This document shows, piece after piece, positions 38,841 through 46,331 of a DNA stretch of 64,000 nt. The notes beneath the pieces were generated by a model. It saw only the letters and a list, made by a program, of their open reading frames with translations. It was not told the DNA's origin and did no database searches. A program made the position numbers and the translations under genes. The stretch comes from an uncultured bacterium (GTDB lineage: Bacteria > Patescibacteriota > Minisyncoccia > UBA6257 > 2-01-FULL-56-20), in assembly GCA_963844965.1 (NCBI GenBank), contig CAWJQC010000004.1, positions 64,001 through 128,000 on the forward strand. The letters are read 5' to 3'. The first letter of the stretch is position 1. Every line of letters begins with the position of its first letter.

Positions 38841-39101
38841 CCCTTTAGGCGGTCAAGTGAAATTGGTAGCCAAAATCGCCCTGCCACACTAAAACCCCTT
38901 TAAATTCTTCCAGCAAGCAAACTGCCCGCGCTTTTCCGCGCGGGCTTTTTTTAAATCCCCGCTGAATACCCAGCCGAGACGTGGCGGAGACGAAACAGTG
39001 AGATATCTTTCTTTCCTCGCTTCGCAAGAAATCTTGCCGTTCCTCCGCGAGCCAATATCTACGGCCCCCGGCTGGAGGGATGAAATGAAATGGACGCTCA
39101 A

Positions 39102-39296
39102 CTATTTCTGTTTAATCTCTCTAATACCGAGGTCCCGGCAGATTTTCTTTGCCAAAAATTCATTGATTTCGCTATGGCGGGGCACCGTAGACGAACGTCT
39201 GACTTTGGGGTTAAAAAAGACGCTGTGCTTGGCGCCTTCCCGAACAAAAACACACCCCTCATGCTCAATGTGGCAAATTAAAACAACTCGCTTCAT
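39102..39296 (-). CDS. HicA-like toxin, second copy (divergent)
   Basis: 64 aa; ...STVPRHSEINEFLAKKICRDLGI resembles the HicA C-terminus; paired with the upstream HicB-like gene. Confidence 0.45.
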   Translation of the reverse strand: MKRVVLICHIEHEGCVFVREGAKHSVFFNPKVRRSSTVPRHSEINEFLAKKICRDLGIREIKQK

Positions 39297-39299
39297 TCA

Positions 39300-39545
39300 T
39301 CAAACTGTAAGCAGCTGCCGCGTCAACTTCTGTTTGCCGGCCTCGGCATCAGCCAGCGCCCGGTTGGTTTCCAAAATTAGCCGAAGCGCTTCTTTAAGAT
39401 TTTCTTTTACTTCCTTCACGCTTTTCCCTTGAGTATTTACCCCGGGCACTTCCTCTATCCAGCCGACATACCATTTACCGCTTTTTTTAAACACGGCTGT
39501 AAATTTGTATTTCATGACTGCCATACATTTAAGATAATCCCAAAG
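39300..39545 (-). CDS. HicB-like antitoxin, second copy (start MAVMKYKFTAVFKKSGKWYVGWIEEVPGVNTQGKSVKEVKENLKEALRLILE)
   Basis: UPF0150/HicB signature; trimmed from ORF 39300..39626. Confidence 0.55.
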   Translation of the reverse strand, partial: LWDYLKCMAVMKYKFTAVFKKSGKWYVGWIEEVPGVNTQGKSVKEVKENLKEALRLILETNRALADAEAGKQKLTRQLLTV

Positions 39546-39811
39546 CATGTAGCTGTCAACTCCTCTCAACTCCCGAGAAAACCCAGATGGCGAGCTTCTC
39601 CCTGCCTCGATAGGGTAGAAAAACAACTCAAACAGCCCAACGAAATTCGTTGGGCTGGATTTTTTTAACCAATGGCGTCACCCGCCGTTGAATTCCTTAA
39701 TATCTTTTGGCGAACACCGTTTAAACTACCTGTCAACCCCCACCTTTTTTCCGAAAAGGCGGGGGTCAAGCGGCCGCGGCGGCTGACCCGCTGAGCTGAA
39801 GCGACGATACC

Positions 39812-40066
39812 CTACAACTCATAAATCTCATCTCGCTTGCCTATTTTGAGTATATAAATTGCGCCATTTCTAACGTCAAATACCAACCTATAATCGCCCA
39901 CGCGAAATCTGAACTCCCCGCCGCGGTTATCAGCCAAACGCTTGGCAAACCTCAACGGATTATCCTCTGACGCATAAAAGCGCATCTTCTTCGCGATGCG
40001 CATTTGAACTTCTCTCGGCAGGGATTCCAACCGCTTAGCCGCCCGCTTGGCATAGAAAATCTTCAT
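39812..40066 (-). CDS. RelE/ParE-family toxin
   Basis: 84 aa; FYAKRAAKRLESLPREVQMRIAKKM...EFRFRVGDYRLVFDVRNGAIYILKIGKRDEIY, typical RelE/ParE. Confidence 0.7.
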   Translation of the reverse strand: MKIFYAKRAAKRLESLPREVQMRIAKKMRFYASEDNPLRFAKRLADNRGGEFRFRVGDYRLVFDVRNGAIYILKIGKRDEIYEL

Positions 40067-40242
40067 TACAATCCCAACTTCTTAAACAGCTTATCCTGCG
40101 ATATAGTTTTTTTTGCCTTGATTTCTTTTCTCGCTTCGCGGACATCCAAAATATGCGCGAGGTAGCCAAGCAGGGCGCCGAAGCGAGCATCCGTTTTCCT
40201 CAAACGCTCGTATTCTTGTTTTGGTATAGTAACCGTGGTCAT
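40066..40242 (-). CDS. Antitoxin partner of the RelE/ParE toxin (58 aa; stop overlaps the toxin ATG as TAATG)
   Basis: Not in the ORF track (under 60 aa). MTTVTIPKQEYERLRKTDARF...; translationally coupled to the toxin. Confidence 0.55.
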   Translation of the reverse strand: MTTVTIPKQEYERLRKTDARFGALLGYLAHILDVREARKEIKAKKTISQDKLFKKLGL

Positions 40243-40554
40243 ATTAAGTGCATTATAGCAAACCGGCGGCGGATGTCAACCCCCACACCAAACGAGGACG
40301 CGCGCCTTCGGCGCAGGACCCGGAAAGTCCTCGTTTGGTGTGGGGGTAAATTATGCCGAAAAAGCCGGAAGGAAAGATGCGATCTATGTTTCTCCCGCAA
40401 GAATACCCCCGCCGCAGGCGGGGGATGAATTGCGGTTCGAGAAACATAAACCCCGCCGATGGCGGGGTGAACTACCACCTAACATGCTGCATGTGCTAAG
40501 TATTTCGTGCGCAGCACGGCAGTTGAGATACCACCGCTGTGAGGCGGTGGTAGT

Positions 40555-43500
40555 TCATTTCAGAAGAGCGTCAACTTTTTCTTGGAGCGCGGCGTTCTGC
40601 GCCTGAAGAGCGCTGATCTCTTGTTGCTGCTCCTTGATGGATTCTATCATCGGCGCGATAAGCCCAGTATAATCCAGACCAAGGGTTCCGCTCGCGTCAG
40701 TTTCCACCAACTGCGGGAAAACCGTCTGTACATTCTGCGCGGTTAAACCGAGCTGCTCTCCACTGCCCATCAGTTTTGTATCTTTCCATTCAAAGGAAAC
40801 CGGCGTCAGTAACTCAAGCTCCGCAAGCGAACCCGACAGTGGAACTATATTCTTCTTCAAACGCTCGTCGGAGCTATTTATCCACTGCCCAGCATTGTTT
40901 GTATACTCGCCGTGGGCTCCCTGAAAGTCATACGTACTGCCGGAACCATAGACGCCGATTGCAGCAGTTGAAAACACCCCATACCCTGCGGGATTACCGA
41001 AGTATCCAGCGGAACCGTTCGCGCCCGCGGTATCCGAATATCCTTCCACCCCAACCCCAGTACCAGCGTTGTAGCCATAGACGGCGGGAAGACCATTACC
41101 AGTACCGTAGCCATAGACCCCATACCCAGTCGCACCAGCAGTGCCATAGACACCATACATAGAGCCGGTGCCATAAATCCCTGCCCCAGCTTGCCCGGCG
41201 CCACCGACGCTTAATGTTGACGCCGGTGCCGTCGTCCCGATGCCGACGTTGCCGTTCGTGATGGAGAAATATGGACCACCCCCCATCCCAGTGCCAAGCG
41301 CCAAATTGAGGCCATAAGATTGTGACGTCAAATCAGCGTATGTAAATGCTCCGTTGCTGGTGGTGAACTTTATCCAATCTACGTTTGACCCGTTTGTTTT
41401 GTCTAGCCGTAAGGTAGACGTACTTCCACTCTGAATATCAAGTTTTGCGACCGGCGCCGTGTTCCCGATGCCGACGTTGCCGTTCGTGATGGAGAAATAT
41501 GGACCACCCCCCATCCCAGTGCCAAGCGCCAAATTGAGGCCATAAGATTGTGACGTCAAATCAGCGTATGTAAATGCTCCGTTGCTGGTGGTGAACTTTA
41601 TCCAATCTACGTTTGACCCGTTTGTATTGTCTAGCCGTAAGGTAGACGTACTTCCACTCTGAATATCAAGTTTTGCGACCGGCGCCGTGTTCCCGATGCC
41701 GACGTTGCCGTTGTTATTTATAAACAAGGCGGGTGACGCGCCGGATGAGTCAGAACCCTGAGTCAAAAAGGCCATTGGAGAACCGTTACTGCCGATCCGG
41801 GCCCAGTTCGCAACTGCTGCCGGTCCAAGCTGTAGCAAGGCATCGGTACCGTTAGATGTCAAGTCAAACTTGGCGAATTTTGACCCGTTCACGACATGCA
41901 ACGTCGTTGCCGGCGACGCCGTCCCGATGCCGACGTTGCCGGAACCTAAAATTGTCACGAGATCCGTTTTCGAAGAAGCGCCCGTTTTTTCACTAAACTG
42001 GAAAGCGGTGGTGGGATTGTTATAAACATTATAAAAATCAACTTCTGCATTTCCTCCCGTATAATTCCAACCGACGGCCAGACCACCAAGGCCATCACTC
42101 ACCGGTAAAGATTGCGTGTTATATGAAGTTTTCAGGAACCCACCCTCAACATCGAGCTTGTAACCTGGTGCCGCCGTCCCGATGCCGACCGAGCCCGTGA
42201 AATATCCGCCGCCGTAGACGGAAAGCGCCTGCGGACCTACGGCACTGCCCGAAGTGGCAACCGCCAACGAAGAGGAAACGACGACGCTGGCCGGGAAAAG
42301 ATAATTGCCCGTGCTGACAACGTTTGAACCGAAATACCCGGCCGCCACGTTGCTGGCGTTCACGGTGCCACCCGAAGAAGCGCAGTCGGAACCGGTGCCA
42401 GAAACAACGCCCGCAGCGCTTACGTGCAAACACTGGATAGAACCGCTGATTCCAGAAACAGTAAGGGTGTTGGCACTTGCGCCACTGCTGAAAGTTTGAA
42501 GCGCGGTCCAGGTGTTCGCATGTCCAAGATTCAATGCGGCGGACACGGCGCCCGCGGTTGGAGATATCGTTAGAGTTCCGACGCCGCTGTCGCTGACCGA
42601 GGTTACGCTGCCGCCTGCCGCAGACCAAGAAAGCGTGCCAGCGCCGTTGTTCGTGAGCACAGTACTTGCACCGCCTTGCGCGGCCGGCCAGGAATAAGTG
42701 ATACTGTTGATTTTCGCGATGTTGCCGTTATTGTCAACCTGGAATTGACTGCTCGCGCCGACGCTAAAAAGCGACGCTGGCCCCGTCGTCCCGATGCCGA
42801 CGTTGCCGCCCGCAGTTATCCTCATTCTCTCAGCAGCTCCAGCTGAAGTGTCAACCCTAAATATAAGACCATTCGTCGCAGCGCTCGCCTTGACATCTAT
42901 AAACCCTCCCCCAGAAGAATCACTACTGAAAAGTCTCATGCCGTTAACACCGACGCTCGTATCACCTCCAAAGAATAGGTTGCCGTTGACGTTGCCTGCT
43001 GCCATAGGCAAAAGCATATTTGACGTAAGCTGAAGCTGTTGAGTTGGGTTCGCCGTCCCGATGCCGACGTTGCCGCTGAAATACCCGCCGCCGTAGACGG
43101 AGAGGGCCTGCGGCAGATTGCTCGCGGTTGTCGTTGTGATTCCAAGACCGGAAGTGATAAACACGCTGTGGGGAAACCCGTAGGGAACGCCGGAATCGAG
43201 TTGGAGAGAGTTAAACACCCCGGGCGAGATGTTGCCGGCGCTTACGAGACCGCTCACGCTGCCATAAATGGACATGCCGCTGGCGAGATTCACACTGCCG
43301 GCATTAGTAAGATTTGAAGTGCCGATACCGACGGTGCCATCGTTGCGCACGACGAGAAGCGGAACAGCAGAGCCGGGCTGGACAACCTGCAGAGCGAAAT
43401 TTGAGCTGTCGGTTGACGAAGCCACAATCAGAAGCCTCACGTTGGCGGAGGGTGTTGACGTTCCAATGCCCAGATTGCCCGCGGCGTTAACGCTTATCGC

Positions 43501-43680
43501 TCCCGAACCGTAACCGGGAGTGGGAGGAGGAGAAGCAAACGCATAGTAGGTAGTAGGTAGTAGGTAGTAGGTAGTAGCGAGAATGACGAAAAACAAAACG
43601 CGCGGCGCAAAACTCGGACACGCACCGTAAAACTTGCGGCGGAGCTTTTGCTGTTTTTGGAACAAACCTGCGTCCATCAT
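40555..43680 (-). CDS. Giant Sec-secreted fibre-like surface protein 2 (1041 aa) with peptidase-S74-type C-terminal intramolecular chaperone domain
   Basis: Same signal peptide as protein 1; GNVGIGT repeats; in-frame tandem 237-bp (79-aa) duplication at about 41237-41710; C-terminus NSSDERLKKNIVPLSG...GLDYTGLIAPMIESIKEQQQEISALQAQNAALQEKV, the S74 autoproteolysis motif SDxRLK plus a coiled coil. Confidence 0.75.
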   Translation of the reverse strand: MMDAGLFQKQQKLRRKFYGACPSFAPRVLFFVILATTYYLLPTTYYAFASPPPTPGYGSGAISVNAAGNLGIGTSTPSANVRLLIVASSTDSSNFALQVVQPGSAVPLLVVRNDGTVGIGTSNLTNAGSVNLASGMSIYGSVSGLVSAGNISPGVFNSLQLDSGVPYGFPHSVFITSGLGITTTTASNLPQALSVYGGGYFSGNVGIGTANPTQQLQLTSNMLLPMAAGNVNGNLFFGGDTSVGVNGMRLFSSDSSGGGFIDVKASAATNGLIFRVDTSAGAAERMRITAGGNVGIGTTGPASLFSVGASSQFQVDNNGNIAKINSITYSWPAAQGGASTVLTNNGAGTLSWSAAGGSVTSVSDSGVGTLTISPTAGAVSAALNLGHANTWTALQTFSSGASANTLTVSGISGSIQCLHVSAAGVVSGTGSDCASSGGTVNASNVAAGYFGSNVVSTGNYLFPASVVVSSSLAVATSGSAVGPQALSVYGGGYFTGSVGIGTAAPGYKLDVEGGFLKTSYNTQSLPVSDGLGGLAVGWNYTGGNAEVDFYNVYNNPTTAFQFSEKTGASSKTDLVTILGSGNVGIGTASPATTLHVVNGSKFAKFDLTSNGTDALLQLGPAAVANWARIGSNGSPMAFLTQGSDSSGASPALFINNNGNVGIGNTAPVAKLDIQSGSTSTLRLDNTNGSNVDWIKFTTSNGAFTYADLTSQSYGLNLALGTGMGGGPYFSITNGNVGIGNTAPVAKLDIQSGSTSTLRLDKTNGSNVDWIKFTTSNGAFTYADLTSQSYGLNLALGTGMGGGPYFSITNGNVGIGTTAPASTLSVGGAGQAGAGIYGTGSMYGVYGTAGATGYGVYGYGTGNGLPAVYGYNAGTGVGVEGYSDTAGANGSAGYFGNPAGYGVFSTAAIGVYGSGSTYDFQGAHGEYTNNAGQWINSSDERLKKNIVPLSGSLAELELLTPVSFEWKDTKLMGSGEQLGLTAQNVQTVFPQLVETDASGTLGLDYTGLIAPMIESIKEQQQEISALQAQNAALQEKVDALLK

Positions 43681-43735
43681 AATAATTTACTATCTACTAC
43701 TTACTACCTACCACCTACTACCTACTACCTACTAC

Positions 43736-44200
43736 TTACTGCTTCGCAGGCGGTCCCTGGATGGTGCCGCTTGCCACTTGCGAAGGAAGCTGCTGCGAAG
43801 GAAGTTGCTGTCCCGATGACTGAAGCGAAGAAGGGTTGGCGAATGCCTGCACAAGCTGACTGTCGTTGCGCAGGCTCGTCCAGAAAATCACCTGCTTGGC
43901 GTTCAAATGGACCTCGTCAACCGGGCCCCAGAAAGCGTTCTTGAGGGCGGAGAGTCCGAGCTGTGCCTGATTCTGCTGATTGACGCTCCTCTGCAGGAAC
44001 CAGACGTTTGTCAGACGCAGGGACGGGAACCAGCTCAGTTTGCCGAAATAGATATCACCGGTCGTAAGATAGACCGCCGAATACTCGGAAGGGCCAGCCG
44101 GATTTTTGGGAGACATGAGTTTCAAGCCGAGCCACAGGCCGAAAATCAGGACGACGAGCACAATGAGAACCAGGACAGCGATTAATTTTTTGGGCAACAT
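43736..44200 (-). CDS. Membrane-anchored hypothetical protein with Gln-rich C-terminus
   Basis: N-terminal TM LIAVLVLIVLVVLIFGLWLGL; SSGQQLPSQQLPSQ tail. Confidence 0.45.
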   Translation of the reverse strand: MLPKKLIAVLVLIVLVVLIFGLWLGLKLMSPKNPAGPSEYSAVYLTTGDIYFGKLSWFPSLRLTNVWFLQRSVNQQNQAQLGLSALKNAFWGPVDEVHLNAKQVIFWTSLRNDSQLVQAFANPSSLQSSGQQLPSQQLPSQVASGTIQGPPAKQ

Positions 44201-44319
44201 GAACTATGATACTAATATACAAATTGTACTAATGATACGAATGAATACAAATTCGTATCATTTGTATCATTAGCATGATTAGTATATTGGTATCGCAATT
44301 ACTTGTGTTTACGACTTTT

Positions 44320-44853
44320 TTATTGTTTTGGGGCGACAACGAGGTAACCGATGGGACCTTTTTCCGGACCGCCGCAGGAAGCGCAGTAAAAGGTAAACTT
44401 GCCTTCAAGATAGGCCTGGAACTGGAACGTTTTGCTTGTCCCCTTTGGGGCAGAGAGATTCAGACCGTAATCGGGCTGGGTAAGGTCATAATTTCCGTCA
44501 ACCGCGTTCACGGTCAGGTTTATGACATCAAACTTGCGGACGATGATGGTGTCCGGTGTAAAGGCGTTGGCTTCAATCTTTATGGAAAAGTCGCGGTTGC
44601 TCGCGCTTGAGACCTGGCTCGCGGGGCTCACGGTCTGCGGAATGGCAACACCCTGCGGGACATTCTGGGAGTTCTGGTTGGGCACGACGATGTTCTGAGG
44701 CGCCACTTCGCGGGTCGCGGTAGCGTTGGGCTTGGCGTTGCCGCCGGCCTGAATGGCCGAGGTTCCGGGCTGGCGTTCTACGAGAAGGAAGATGCCCACA
44801 AAGACCACGACCACGACAACCGCCACAATGGCAATTATTTTGTTTTTGCTCAT
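44320..44853 (-). CDS. Membrane-anchored cupredoxin-like domain protein (start MSKNKIIAIVAVVVVVV)
   Basis: TM anchor, Pro/Gln-rich linker, C-terminal ~90-aa beta domain (FTPDTIIVRKFDVINLTVNAVDG...KFTFYCASCGG) that reads as cupredoxin-like; tentative. Confidence 0.35.
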   Translation of the reverse strand: MSKNKIIAIVAVVVVVVFVGIFLLVERQPGTSAIQAGGNAKPNATATREVAPQNIVVPNQNSQNVPQGVAIPQTVSPASQVSSASNRDFSIKIEANAFTPDTIIVRKFDVINLTVNAVDGNYDLTQPDYGLNLSAPKGTSKTFQFQAYLEGKFTFYCASCGGPEKGPIGYLVVAPKQ

Positions 44854-44933
44854 AGCTTTATTATATAAGAACAGGGAAAGACATGTAAAAGGGGGGTGTG
44901 CATAAGTGCGGAAACCGCGGCGGGGGCTACTGC

Positions 44934-45797
44934 TTAGGTACAAGAAACGCTTGAAGTCGCAATCATGCCGCTGCCCGTAATATAAAGCCGATAGCAGGAA
45001 GCACCATTCTTCAGGATTATGCCGGACGCGCTATTGCTTATATATATATCTCCCCCGGCGACCTGAAGCGCCTGCGTCGGCTGCGAACCCATGTTCACGC
45101 CGGCGTAGCCGGTAAAATAAACATTATTTGAGCCGGGTAAGCCGAAATTGAGCACGCCGTTGACGTTACTCCAGTATTGCGTGGCAGTTCCAAGCGGCAG
45201 GCCGGTGGTTGACGATGGAAACACACCGGTATCAAAAGTCGCCGCATTCACGCGCGCAATCGCCGTCTGCAGTGCCTCCGAAAATTGCTGTGTCGCGTTC
45301 TGCGTATTGTTGGCCACAACGAATGAAACGCTCACGGAGTCGTGCCCCGGCGCGTTGGAACGCTTTATAAAAGTGAGGGAAGTAACGTTCACCCTCGGAG
45401 TTGTAAGCGGCTGCGGCGTGCCGGTAGCGGTCTGTTGCAAATATACCGTGCCAGGCGTACCGGAAGACAGATAAATGTAGGTCGGGTCCAACGAACTGGC
45501 TGCCATCCGCAACTTTAGGGTGCTCGTAGCGATATCCTGGTTTAACTCAACAAGACTTGAGCGTTCTATGTAATATTGGATCTGCTGCAACAGGAACTGG
45601 CTTTCTTGGTTCACCTCGGCGGCAGCCGACTGGCGGGATTGGATACGTATGACGGCGACCATCATCGTTATAAACGCAACCATGACTATTGCGAAGATCG
45701 CCGAAAAAGCAAGAAGTTCAATGATGGTGAAACCCTTCTTTGAACGGTAGGTGTAGTAAGTGGTAGGTGGTAAGTGGTAGGTGGTAAATTTCTTCAT
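44934..45797 (-). CDS. Type IV pilin-like / pseudopilin protein with extended heptamer-encoded leader
   Basis: KKGFTIIELLAFSAIFAIVMVAF is the class III signal (G-F-T-x-x-E) plus hydrophobic helix. It is preceded by TTYHLPPTTYYTYRS encoded by a (GGTAGTA)-type heptamer tract. Confidence 0.7.
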   Translation of the reverse strand: MKKFTTYHLPPTTYYTYRSKKGFTIIELLAFSAIFAIVMVAFITMMVAVIRIQSRQSAAAEVNQESQFLLQQIQYYIERSSLVELNQDIATSTLKLRMAASSLDPTYIYLSSGTPGTVYLQQTATGTPQPLTTPRVNVTSLTFIKRSNAPGHDSVSVSFVVANNTQNATQQFSEALQTAIARVNAATFDTGVFPSSTTGLPLGTATQYWSNVNGVLNFGLPGSNNVYFTGYAGVNMGSQPTQALQVAGGDIYISNSASGIILKNGASCYRLYITGSGMIATSSVSCT

Positions 45798-45806
45798 ATT
45801 AACTAA

Positions 45807-46187
45807 TTATAACACTTGGGCGCCTAATGCGCTTATTGCCTTATTTATCATCCACATGATTTCATCTAAATCTTCGGCCAATTTCCTGTATGTTTCGGGG
45901 TTCAAATATTTTAATTCATAGACAATCTCTAACTGAGTTTCCAGCTCTGCGCCGGAACTATATGCGTTTCTCAAAAATTGTAATTTTTCTTTTTTGGAAC
46001 TTCTCCGAAAACCCTCGGCAATATTAGACGGCATAGAAATCGCCGCTCGCCGCATTTGACTTGTTAGACCATATAGTTCCGACGGTGGAAATTTTTCGGT
46101 AACTCCGTATATCAGAACCGCATACGATTTTGTGCGTTTCCAAATGTTCAAATCTCTGTAAGATTTAATGGCTGAATTTTCCGCCAT
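45807..46187 (-). CDS. Four-helix-bundle protein (TIGR02436-like)
   Basis: 126 aa; ...YGLTSQMRRAAISMPSNIAEGFRRSSKKEKLQFLRNAYSSGAELETQLEI..., characteristic of that family. Confidence 0.6.
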   Translation of the reverse strand: MAENSAIKSYRDLNIWKRTKSYAVLIYGVTEKFPPSELYGLTSQMRRAAISMPSNIAEGFRRSSKKEKLQFLRNAYSSGAELETQLEIVYELKYLNPETYRKLAEDLDEIMWMINKAISALGAQVL

Positions 46188-46331
46188 GTCTAAATTCTAC
46201 TATATCATACTACCTACCACCTACTACATACTACTTACCGTGTCCGACCACCTCTCGCGTTTTCGGCGTTACCCAAAAGCGTCGCTCGCCTACGCTCGCT
46301 CCCTCACAACCTCTCGGTTTTGAGTAATTTC

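Noticed and set aside
36485-46240. Considered whether the (CTACTAC)n / (GGTAGTA)n arrays are a CRISPR array
   Set aside because: The units are 7 nt and contiguous with no spacers, they lie inside coding sequence (encoding TTYYLLP), and no cas genes are present.
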